Source: an uncultured Chitinophagaceae bacterium
GTDB taxonomy: Bacteria > Bacteroidota > Bacteroidia > Chitinophagales > Chitinophagaceae
DNA: 64,000 bases
Assembly: GCA_963715585.1 (NCBI GenBank)
Contig: OY970254.1
Coordinates: 4,039,227 to 4,103,226 of the forward strand
Direction of reading: 5' to 3'
The first letter of the stretch is position 1. Each line of letters begins with the position of its first letter. Of the stretch, positions 9,201-17,196 are shown piece after piece. Under the pieces are notes generated by a model that was given only the letters and a program-made list of their open reading frames with translations, searched no databases and had not been told where the DNA came from. A program made the translations under genes and the position numbers.

Positions 9201-9905
9201 ATTTACCAAAGCCTCGCTGCCAATTGCTGTGTTAACAGTGCCATTTGTATTTGCACTAAGTGCATTATACCCGATAGCTGTATTATTACTGCCAATGTTT
9301 GAAAAGAGCGACTGATAGCCGATGGCTGTATTGTTGCCGGCTCCTGTATTTTTACGTAACGCCCTGTAGCCAATCGCTACATTACCAATGCTAATCGTAT
9401 TACTGTACAGTGCACTATCGCCTATACCAACATTATGGCTTCCCGTGGTATTGCTTCTGCCTGCCCATTTGCCCAAAAAATAGGTTCCGTTGTTACTGTT
9501 CCATTGCGCCACCTGCAAATTATTTTGCCTGAACCGCAAAGGCTCATTATCGGTTGTGCCTATAAAATTTACAGCCGTATCTGTTCCTGCATTTCCGGTA
9601 AGACTCCAATCGTTACCTGCGCCTCCTGATGGATTTAACCAAACCCAAACAGTTCCATTGTAATAATGAAAACCAATACTGTCGGGTATTGCCTGGTAAA
9701 CCAACAATCCGATTGCTGGAGTAACTATCGCATTTTTTTGCGCTTTCGTCATACGGGGAACAAGCACACCTTTGCTGGTACTGCTTATATCCAGTATTGA
9801 ACTGGCATTGGCAGTAGCGCCACTTGTATTGATGGCAACACTCTGTGCATTGGTTTCAAAAAAGGCGGCAAAAATAAAAATCAGGACGTAAAAAAAACAC
9901 TTCAT
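6240..9905 (-). CDS. Giant secreted repeat (fibre/adhesin-like) protein, paralog 1 of 3, with YadA-head-like 14-residue NTAIG-type repeats
   Basis: 1221 aa. Signal peptide. Conserved N-module (AINTSGATANASSILD..KGVLVPRMT..GLLVYQ). Dozens of xNTAxGxxALxxNTxG repeats. Junction motif NKLYIDNSN..LLYGDF, then a unique C-terminal domain. Confidence 0.85.
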   Translation of the reverse strand: MKCFFYVLIFIFAAFFETNAQSVAINTSGATANASSILDISSTSKGVLVPRMTKAQKNAIVTPAIGLLVYQAIPDSIGFHYYNGTVWVWLNPSGGAGNDWSLTGNAGTDTAVNFIGTTDNEPLRFRQNNLQVAQWNSNNGTYFLGKWAGRSNTTGSHNVGIGDSALYSNTISIGNVAIGYRALRKNTGAGNNTAIGYQSLFSNIGSNNTAIGYNALSANTNGTVNTAIGSEALVNNTVGYGNTAVGESALWGNISGHSNSAFGGAALGSNISGIHNLALGASSLTLNATGSRNVALSTASLYSNLDGNNNIGIGFFSLTRNVSGSYNVAIGDSAAYNSTNISHLVAVGSKALYANTSGTNLTAMGDSALFNNTTGYKNIALGNSALVKNTTGFQNTAIGYNTLKDNQSGFANIAIGDSSLSANTANWNIAIGRNALLETTTGDKNIAIGDGALTNNLTGINNVAIGYAAQVSANTNNKNNTSLGFRSAYSMQGYSNTAIGGDAMGKPATSYTVNNTVAVGDSVLFNIATGASYNTAIGSKALFSNASGRTNTALGTRALYANANGNNNVAVGDSAAANSTSLSHLVAIGSKALYTNTGGTEITAVGDSALYSNTTGDFNTAVGNGSLRKNTTAAGNTAMGNKALYNNTTGGNNAAFGNDALYSNISGGSNTALGFSALNKNTASSNTAVGYNALSESTSGFQNTAIGGLALQNNAPFANYNVAIGYGTLQNNSGTYNIGVGNDALSQTSGNANIAIGHQTLLTNTTGLVNIGLGYYALRTNSTGRTNIGIGQAALFDNVSGSYNVAIGDSAGYNNTVSNLVAIGSKALWNNTTGAGNTAIGYQSMYSNVSGGTNTAVGNSAGYLNTGSGNVFVGYNAGYNETGSNKLYIDNSNTATPLLYGDFATNLLRVNGTLNINNAYSFPIADGSANQVLQTNGAGIVSWSTAGGESTTANNGLTLTGSNVALGGSLTANTTITHGNFNLTHSLSGAGDFIISTPTRPTAFTVLNTGDVGVNGNDFYVANSGNVGINSSVPSARLHVVNGVSGSANNYSSGLLIENTSGAAGQAMLAFKNFVLPGNRAWITGMNTFDNFVIAYGDSLSATNVVLRVDTAGYVGINPGGAPNSRLDVTGSFGNAIRSTTVSATLDVDDHTLIIGTAAGAITITLPTAAGTGRREYVIVNRSGSVQTLSSYLDFSGTSTTVAANSAITLQSNGTNWFRIQ

Positions 9906-9983
9906 AAACAGGTAGATTAATTACTGTAAATATGAAGTGCTTTGTAATTTTTTTACTCACCCGGCTGGGTGGTTTTTAGTATT

Positions 9984-10280
9984 TCATTTTTTAGGAAAAC
10001 AGGTTTGTCTTGCCGAATCTGCCAAAGCCATAAATGCCGAAACATCTTTGCCAGCCTTCATATCTTCTTCCAGTTTTATATACTCTGTAAGCGAATATTT
10101 CGTTTCTATCTGCTCCAGCATACACTCACAGTTTTTCTTATACCCATCCGGAAGTTTACCGGCACAGCCGTTGATAAAATTGCTGCGTACCTGGTCGGGA
10201 TATTTTTCGCCGGGTTTGCTGCTGTTGCCTCCGCAGGAGGAAATGATGACAGCCAGGATTAAAACAGTCAATACTTTCAT
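9984..10280 (-). CDS. Hypothetical small lipoprotein
   Basis: 98 aa. Lipobox (VIISSC). Confidence 0.5.
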   Translation of the reverse strand: MKVLTVLILAVIISSCGGNSSKPGEKYPDQVRSNFINGCAGKLPDGYKKNCECMLEQIETKYSLTEYIKLEEDMKAGKDVSAFMALADSARQTCFPKK

Positions 10281-10330
10281 GATGATAAATTTTAGTGATT
10301 ATAATTGTAAAGGGTTTTAAGCAGGTGATT

Positions 10331-10957
10331 TTATTTTGCCATTAACTGCCTCAGCCGTACAATCAACCCATACCGGGTATTGGCATCTGTTTTTAAATAG
10401 ATACTTTTTAAATGGGTTTTAATGGTATTTAGCGAAATAAAACTTTGCTCCGCAATCTGGCTGTTGGTAATGCCGTTGTAGGCCAGTTGTGCCACTTCAA
10501 ATTCCCTGTCGGTTAAGGGCGAGAGTAAATACCGGTTTATTTTTTCCATGCTTAGTTTTGGTTGCGAACTGTTGTTCTCAGATGCAAAGTTTGATATGGC
10601 AATTTCCAGCGAAGCCAGCAGCGTTCGTTCGTTAAAGGGTTTTACAATGTAGCCGCTTGGTTTTACCAGCTTGGCTTTATCCAGTGTATTTTTATCTGAG
10701 TAAGAAGTTAAAAAAAGAAATGGTATCTGTATTTCTTTGTTGATGTAGTCTGCAATGTCAATCCCGTCTTTATCACTTTCTAAATTAATATCCAATACGG
10801 CGGCATCGGGCGTGTTGTTTTTTAATTGTTGAAACGCCTCATCACTATCGTATGCAATGGCGCTTACTTCAAAATCATTATTGTCTAAATAGATGGAAAT
10901 ATTTTCGGCTATCACCGGTTCATCTTCTACAATCAAAATTTTAAGTTTGTTGCTCAT
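10331..10957 (-). CDS. Response regulator, REC plus LuxR/NarL-type HTH
   Basis: 208 aa. ILIVEDEP...DINL...KP receiver motifs and a C-terminal LTDREFEV...NTIKTHLKSIY GerE-type HTH. Confidence 0.9.
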   Translation of the reverse strand: MSNKLKILIVEDEPVIAENISIYLDNNDFEVSAIAYDSDEAFQQLKNNTPDAAVLDINLESDKDGIDIADYINKEIQIPFLFLTSYSDKNTLDKAKLVKPSGYIVKPFNERTLLASLEIAISNFASENNSSQPKLSMEKINRYLLSPLTDREFEVAQLAYNGITNSQIAEQSFISLNTIKTHLKSIYLKTDANTRYGLIVRLRQLMAK

Positions 10958-13041
10958 GCTGCTTTAAATTTTGATATTTCCATTTCCACCACAGCGCCAT
11001 TGTTATTGTAAATATCAAGTGTGGCTTTTAGTTTTTGTGCAAAAGCTCTGATCATTTTCAACCCAAATGATTTGGTAGATTTTACATCCATATCAGCTGG
11101 AAACCCTGCTCCGTTATCACTTACCTTTAAATGTAATTTTTCATTTTTCTCCTGCAACAGAATGTTTAAAATGCCGGGATGGTTTTCTTTAAAAGCATAT
11201 TTAAAGGAATTACTCACCAGCTCATTCAATACCAGCCCCAATGGTATCATGGTATCCACATCCAAATTCAGGTCATCAATGTTGGCATTTACTTTTACCT
11301 TATCGCTGGTGATGTTGTAAGAGTCGCAAAGCGATTGCACCAGGTTGTGGATATAATCTTTTACCATGATGCCCTTGATATTTCCTTCGCTGTACAAATT
11401 CTGATGTATCAGCGCCATGCTCTGCACCCGGTTCTTCCCTTCCTTTACGGCAGCACTGGCCTGCGAATCGGTAATGGTATGGCTTTGCAGGTCCAGCAGG
11501 CTGCTTACCACCTGCAGGTTGTTTTTCACCCGGTGATGTATCTCTTTCATCAGCACCTGCAGGTCATCAGACTGTTTCTGTATCAGGTTATTTTTCTTTT
11601 TTTGTTTACGATACTGCAGCAAAATAACAGCACCCGAAAGCAGCAATAATAATGATCCGGCTATCAAACCTAATTTTATAAGTTGTTCTTTTTTTAGTTG
11701 TTTTACGGCTGATTTGTTTTCCCTGTCCAGCGCAGCTTTTAAAACGGTTTCCTTCATCAGCTCATTTTTCCTGAATGCATTTTCCCGTTGCAGGGCTTCA
11801 CTCAGGTTCATTTCTTTTGCCAACAACGAATCTGAAAGTTCATTCTCTCTTTCAAGGCTTTGCCGTTTAAGCAACTCCCTTTCAAGCTGGCTTTTTTTCA
11901 ACCCGTTTTCCATGCTAAGCAATCTGGCTTCATCTTTTGAAGTGGTTGCATTCATTATATTTTCCAATGAACCCAGGTTTGCCAGGTTGCGGCCAGAGTA
12001 TAACTGGGTGATATAATTATTATACCGGGTAAAATTCTCATAGGCTTCTTTTATTTGATTGCATTCGTAATAACTCTCTGCAATATTTCGGTAAATAAGT
12101 GCATACATTTCCGGAAAGCTGTTATCAGAAGCCAGTTTTTTTGCCTTGTTGTAATAAATCATGGCAGCAACAGAGTCTCCCTTCGAGAGATAATAATTAC
12201 CCCAGCATATTTCGTAACGTAGCCGCCGGTTCTCATCCTGGTTATTATAAATATATGCAGACAAATGTTGCATGATTGCCCGGGCTTCATTCCATCTTTT
12301 CAGCCGTATCAGCGACATGGCCCTGTTGATATCTGCCATATAGGTTTCAGTAAGCATACCGGCTTTTTCAGCACCGCTACGTGCCATTACAGAAAAATAC
12401 AGCGCCGAATCAAACAGTCTTTTTCGGTAGTAAGTTTCGCCTAAGATCTGTGCAATTCTTGCCGCTCCTTTCTGGTCATTTAGGCTTTCTTTTATTGTTC
12501 GGGCTTTTATATAATAAGCTGTGCCTTCATTAAAACCCTGGAACGAATTATACAGGAGCCCCAGGTTTTCCAGGGCTTCGGCTTCATAGTTTTTATTTTC
12601 GAGTTTTCTTGCCATTTGAAGCGCCTCCACAAAATTATTTACGGCCAGCCGGTAATTGCCCCGGTGGTATTGTGTACGGGCCAGCGCTATGGTTATCTCC
12701 TCAACCATTTCGTTGATTTCGCCATTAATGAAAAGATTTTTTGCCTGCGTATAATTGCCAAATGCCCGGTGATAGACCTCATTGGCATAAAAAAAATCGC
12801 CGATCTTAAGGGAAGCTTTCGCATCCAGGTATATCATGCCCAGCTTGCGTGCCTGGGCCCTGGCAGCATTATATACCCGCATGGCCGTGGCTGTATCATT
12901 TTTGGAAATGGCTTTGTCTCCTTCTTTCAGTTGCTCCAGAATATGTAAAGAATCGTTGTTTTGTGTGTTACTGATTGCCTGCGCTGCCACTGTATTTGCC
13001 AGTGCCAGTAAAATGAGCTGTATCAGTAAATATGCTTTCAT
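10954..13041 (-). CDS. Sensor histidine kinase with periplasmic TPR region, coiled coil, one TM segment and HisKA_2-type core
   Basis: 695 aa. Signal peptide, TPR-like repeats, H-box IHHRVKNNLQVVSSLL, N-box ELVSNSFKYAF, G-box VSDNGAGFP. Overlaps the response regulator start by 4 nt. Confidence 0.85.
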   Translation of the reverse strand: MKAYLLIQLILLALANTVAAQAISNTQNNDSLHILEQLKEGDKAISKNDTATAMRVYNAARAQARKLGMIYLDAKASLKIGDFFYANEVYHRAFGNYTQAKNLFINGEINEMVEEITIALARTQYHRGNYRLAVNNFVEALQMARKLENKNYEAEALENLGLLYNSFQGFNEGTAYYIKARTIKESLNDQKGAARIAQILGETYYRKRLFDSALYFSVMARSGAEKAGMLTETYMADINRAMSLIRLKRWNEARAIMQHLSAYIYNNQDENRRLRYEICWGNYYLSKGDSVAAMIYYNKAKKLASDNSFPEMYALIYRNIAESYYECNQIKEAYENFTRYNNYITQLYSGRNLANLGSLENIMNATTSKDEARLLSMENGLKKSQLERELLKRQSLERENELSDSLLAKEMNLSEALQRENAFRKNELMKETVLKAALDRENKSAVKQLKKEQLIKLGLIAGSLLLLLSGAVILLQYRKQKKKNNLIQKQSDDLQVLMKEIHHRVKNNLQVVSSLLDLQSHTITDSQASAAVKEGKNRVQSMALIHQNLYSEGNIKGIMVKDYIHNLVQSLCDSYNITSDKVKVNANIDDLNLDVDTMIPLGLVLNELVSNSFKYAFKENHPGILNILLQEKNEKLHLKVSDNGAGFPADMDVKSTKSFGLKMIRAFAQKLKATLDIYNNNGAVVEMEISKFKAA

Positions 13042-13287
13042 GTAAAAAATTATAAACCTGAGCCTTTGTCAAATCATCGCCATTCATTTTTGTAAATGTC
13101 TTTAAATAATTGACGTTTTAAATTTACTTGATTTTTGTTTTATTCAAAACTAATTGGCTACCCTGTAATACAACTCACCCGCCAAGGTGATTTAAAAGGC
13201 AGCCATCTTTTACTTATACAGCAGCCTCACCATCAGGATTTATTACCTTTACTAAACACTATACAATTTGACCACAATATTTTATTG

Positions 13288-13929
13288 ATGAATATCTCCA
13301 TTTATTTTGAAGAAGCGGCACAGGTTTCTGTTGCCTTTGTCATCGGTGCTATCATTGGCCTTGAAAGGGAATTTCGCAGTAAACCTGCCGGGTTTAGAAC
13401 GATGATTCTTATTTGCGTGGGCTCCTGCCTTTATACCATTATATCAAAAGAAACCGGTGCAGATAATGCAGACAGGATTGCAAGTAATATTGTAACCGGT
13501 ATTGGCTTTATTGGTGCAGGTGTTATTTTTAAAGAAGGAATTACCGTAAATGGTTTAACCACCGCTGCCCTCATTTGGGTTACTGCTGCATTGGGCATGG
13601 CTATTGGTTATCACAATTACCCCCTGGCTATTTTAGTATCGGCCATGGTGGTAATTACTTTATTTGTGCTGGAACCTGTACACCGGCTCATCAACAGGTT
13701 TCATAAGGTTAAAGATTATAAAATAAGAACCGTTCATTTAGGAAACAGCTTCATAACAGATTTTGAAGTTTTTTTTAAACACCATGGCCTTAGTTACCGG
13801 TGCATGAAATTTGCAAAGGATAACAATGACGCCATTTATATTTACAGAATAAGCTCACCCAACAGAAACTATGACCTGGTAAGCCAGTTTTTACTAAATC
13901 ATAAAGATGTAAAAAGTTTTGAAATGTAA
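13288..13929 (+). CDS. mgtC: MgtC/SapB-family membrane protein
   Basis: GAIIGLEREFRSKPAGFRT..ITGIGFIGAG signature. I prefer the ATG at 13288 over the TTG at 13135 used in the ORF track. Confidence 0.8.
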   Translation: MNISIYFEEAAQVSVAFVIGAIIGLEREFRSKPAGFRTMILICVGSCLYTIISKETGADNADRIASNIVTGIGFIGAGVIFKEGITVNGLTTAALIWVTAALGMAIGYHNYPLAILVSAMVVITLFVLEPVHRLINRFHKVKDYKIRTVHLGNSFITDFEVFFKHHGLSYRCMKFAKDNNDAIYIYRISSPNRNYDLVSQFLLNHKDVKSFEM

Positions 13930-13956
13930 GCCTGCCGTTTTTATGCCCCTGTACTA

Positions 13957-16230
13957 CTATTGCTCATAAGTAATTAAAACCCTGAAAGGTTTGGCTCCAA
14001 TATTGGCACTATTACCCACCTTATTAATAATTAGCACACTGCCACCCTGAAACTGTACATTATACTCATACCCGGCAGCATCTCTGTACGATGGCGGCAT
14101 TTTCCAACCTCCTGCATATTCTACCAATACAGAAAAAGATAAAACCTTAGCATCGGCAATACCTGTAGGGTAAGCCAGAAAATTATCAACAGCAGGTGTA
14201 GTGCCGGTTATGGTTATCATTTTTATGTTTGGTACATCAGTACCATAGCCACCAAGTTTTGTAAAACCTCTTACCACAGCGTTATCTCTAACTACTGTTT
14301 TTGCATTTAATAAAAGGGAGTCTGCTGCAAAGTCGCCATAAATCAGTGCATTGTTTTTATCAGCATTACTGCTTTCGATATAGAGTTTATTTGAACCTAA
14401 TTCACTAAACCCGGCTTGATATCCAAGAGCTACATTTGAGTTGCCTGTGATATTATTAACTAAAGCGTCTGATCCAATGGCTGTATTGTTATCTGCACCT
14501 ACATTTGAAAAAAATAATGCACCAAAACCGATTGCAGTATTTCCTGAGCCTACAGTATTTGATTTAAGCGCTTCAAAACCGATTGCAGTATTACCATTAC
14601 CTATTGTATTACGATACATTGCTTTACTTCCTATAGCAGTATTCCAAAAAGCATCATTACCTGAACCAGCACCGGTACCATTATTAAATAATGCACTATC
14701 ACCAATGGCAACTATATTGCTTCTTCTGTTATTATAGCCGGCAGAAGTGCCTATCAAAACCGTTGAATTTCCCTTGTTATTTCTACCTGCATGACTGCCT
14801 ATTGTTGTATTTGTATTTGCAGCTGTGTCCTGGCTACCACTTGCTTTAAAACCTAAAGCCACATTTTCGTGCCCAATTGTATTATTAGTTAAAGTACCAT
14901 CTCCAAAAGCTGTATTATGGTTACCTGTCCTATTGTAAAGCAAAGCCTGATTACCTAGTGCATTATTACCAATGCCAGAAATGTTACCCCACAAAGCACT
15001 TACACCAACTGCTACATTTGCTCCGCCAGTTTCGTTCAACCCCATAGCATTGGCTCCTATTGCTGTGTTATAATCATTAGATTGATGTAGCTGTAATGCA
15101 TGATAACCTAAAGCGGTATTTCCACCACCGGAAATATTTGTCGCCAAAGCATTTGTACCAACTGCTACATTTGCACTACTGGCCTGGTTATTTTTTAAAG
15201 CCTGAAATCCCACAGCCGTATTTAAACTTCCTGTTGTATTTGAGAATAACGCCTTACTGCCTATTGCAGTATTTTCAACTGCTTCAGTGATGCTGGCACC
15301 AATTCCATTATTGTATAAGGCGCTATCACCAATAGCTACCAAATTACTTTTTGTTGTATTAAATGCCAAAGCCTGTGCGCCAATGGCCACATTAGAATTG
15401 CCTGTAGTATTGCTGGCAGATGCACTATCGCCTACCGCAACATTTGAACCCCCATTTATTACCAAGCCGCCGGCATTACTACCAATAAGTACATTTTTAT
15501 CGGAAACTAAATTAATTGTTGGTGTGTGGTTACCTATTATTATATTATCAGTAACTGAGTCAGTAACATTATTAGTAAAGTTACCTTGGTTAGCAATTAC
15601 CACATTATCTGAACCCATGGTAAAACCGCCTGATTGAAATCCAATACCAATATTACCTGATCCATTTTTTAAAGTGTATAAGGCACCCGTTCCTAAGCCT
15701 ACATTTAAAATTCCATTTTGTAAATTACTTAATGCGGAATTTCCTATGGCAGTATGATTATTAAAATTATTTCCACCTTGCTCTAACTTATTCAACGAAA
15801 GATACCCAAGTCCTAAATTACCCACGCTTATAAGACCCGCCTTTTGATTATTAATTTTAAATAGCAACGGTTTGTTATCTCTTGTACCAATAAAGTTTAC
15901 ACTTGTATCTGTACCGGTATTACCAGTAGTGCTCCAACCACTGCCTGCACCGCTTGCATTTTGCAGCCAAACCCAGCTGCCACTGCTGTAATAATAAAAG
16001 CCAATACTATCCGGTGCATTTTGATAAACAAGCAACCCGTTTGCAGGTGCAGCAATTGCATTTTTTTCTGCTTTACTCATTCGTGGAATAAGTACGCCCT
16101 TGTTTATACTTTTTACATCCAGGATACTACTGGCATTGGCAGTGCTGCCATCTGTATTAATGGCTAATGATTGAGCGTTTGCTTTGCTAAAAAATAAAAC
16201 ACTAAAAAAAATAAAGAATAAACTTTTCAT
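13957..16230 (-). CDS. Giant secreted repeat (fibre/adhesin-like) protein, paralog 2 of 3
   Basis: 757 aa. Same signal peptide and N-module (AINTDGSTANASSILDVKS..KGVLIPRMS..GLLVYQ), NTAIG-type repeats and NKLYIESSN..LIYGDF junction, with a different C-terminal domain. Confidence 0.85.
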   Translation of the reverse strand: MKSLFFIFFSVLFFSKANAQSLAINTDGSTANASSILDVKSINKGVLIPRMSKAEKNAIAAPANGLLVYQNAPDSIGFYYYSSGSWVWLQNASGAGSGWSTTGNTGTDTSVNFIGTRDNKPLLFKINNQKAGLISVGNLGLGYLSLNKLEQGGNNFNNHTAIGNSALSNLQNGILNVGLGTGALYTLKNGSGNIGIGFQSGGFTMGSDNVVIANQGNFTNNVTDSVTDNIIIGNHTPTINLVSDKNVLIGSNAGGLVINGGSNVAVGDSASASNTTGNSNVAIGAQALAFNTTKSNLVAIGDSALYNNGIGASITEAVENTAIGSKALFSNTTGSLNTAVGFQALKNNQASSANVAVGTNALATNISGGGNTALGYHALQLHQSNDYNTAIGANAMGLNETGGANVAVGVSALWGNISGIGNNALGNQALLYNRTGNHNTAFGDGTLTNNTIGHENVALGFKASGSQDTAANTNTTIGSHAGRNNKGNSTVLIGTSAGYNNRRSNIVAIGDSALFNNGTGAGSGNDAFWNTAIGSKAMYRNTIGNGNTAIGFEALKSNTVGSGNTAIGFGALFFSNVGADNNTAIGSDALVNNITGNSNVALGYQAGFSELGSNKLYIESSNADKNNALIYGDFAADSLLLNAKTVVRDNAVVRGFTKLGGYGTDVPNIKMITITGTTPAVDNFLAYPTGIADAKVLSFSVLVEYAGGWKMPPSYRDAAGYEYNVQFQGGSVLIINKVGNSANIGAKPFRVLITYEQ

Positions 16231-16287
16231 AATAAATAAACGGATTTAATTTTTGTTTAAAAATATGCTTATAGCTATATGCGGTAT

Positions 16288-16305
16288 ATACCAGATATCT
16301 GGTAT
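16288..16305. promoter_or_regulatory. Perfect 18-bp palindrome ATACCAGATATCTGGTAT in a divergent promoter region
   Basis: ATACCAGAT and ATCTGGTAT are exact reverse complements. Lies between fibre paralog 2 (minus strand) and the LuxR-type regulator (plus strand). Confidence 0.5.
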
Positions 16306-16359
16306 TTTCTTTACTTTGTGCTGCGTAACGATTTACCTTTTGAAAGCTAAAAACACAGA

Positions 16360-17145
16360 ATGGAAATAAAACCAGTTTTACCCGAGGAGTTTACCAATAA
16401 GATGTTGCGGGATGCAGATATGGTAAAAGTAGATTATGAAGCCTATTTTAAACCCTATATTGAACAGGCTGTTACTTTTGCTGTTGGGCCTTATTTTTGG
16501 TTTATTCCCGACCAGGTTACCATGACTATTGTAGCCGCCAGCGAAAATGCAAGGCAGCTTTCTCCCTACACCGCTGCGGAATGGGTGGGGCAAGATGCCG
16601 GTTTTTGGGCAGGTAATATTCATCCCGACGACCGTTATTATGTTTTATCAGCTTCGCTGTTATCTGCCGAAATTAATGAAAGTTATGAAAGGGAAAGAAG
16701 CGATAAAATAAGGATAAACATTTATTGCCGCATGCTGGATGCAGAAAGTAAATACAGGTGGGTGCTTATACAGTTTCCTAACCGCTACTTTAACGATGAA
16801 AACCGCATTGCAAGCACCTGGATAATGATTACAGACCTGGGGCATTTAAAAAGCAATATTACCCACATGATGACGATGATTGATACCAGCAATAACGAAA
16901 ACCAATATTTTTCGATATCGGTACCAACCAAAGAAAGAAACCCGTTACCCCTGCCACATATAACAAAACGGGAGCAGGAAATATTGCAGTTAATGGCAAG
17001 GGGTTTAAACAGTCCCCAAATAGCAAAGGAGCTATTTATTTCTCAGCATACTGTGGAGCAACACAAGCGAAACCTGAGGGATAAAACTGATTCGAAAACA
17101 TCGGCAGAACTAATGGCTTTTGTTTGCAGGAATAATTTGTTTTAA
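16360..17145 (+). CDS. LuxR-type (GerE HTH) solo transcriptional regulator with uncharacterised N-terminal sensor-like domain
   Basis: 261 aa. C-terminal ITKREQEILQLMARGLNSPQIAKELFISQHTVEQHKRNL. Confidence 0.8.
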   Translation: MEIKPVLPEEFTNKMLRDADMVKVDYEAYFKPYIEQAVTFAVGPYFWFIPDQVTMTIVAASENARQLSPYTAAEWVGQDAGFWAGNIHPDDRYYVLSASLLSAEINESYERERSDKIRINIYCRMLDAESKYRWVLIQFPNRYFNDENRIASTWIMITDLGHLKSNITHMMTMIDTSNNENQYFSISVPTKERNPLPLPHITKREQEILQLMARGLNSPQIAKELFISQHTVEQHKRNLRDKTDSKTSAELMAFVCRNNLF

Positions 17146-17196
17146 TAAGAGATTGTTTAAAAGTTACGAAGTATAATCATTATAAAAAACAGTATC

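Noticed and set aside
6967-9629. Many 60-200-aa ORFs in other frames or on the other strand within fibre paralog 1, for example 7787-8401. Similar ones occur in paralogs 2 and 3 (14441-15637, 56697-58323).
   Set aside because: They are by-products of the periodic, stop-poor composition of the 14-residue repeat coding sequence. All lie entirely inside a much longer, coherent ORF.
13135-13287. N-terminal 51-codon extension of MgtC from a TTG start
   Set aside because: The extension has no membrane or MgtC-like character. The conserved MgtC sequence begins right after the ATG at 13288.
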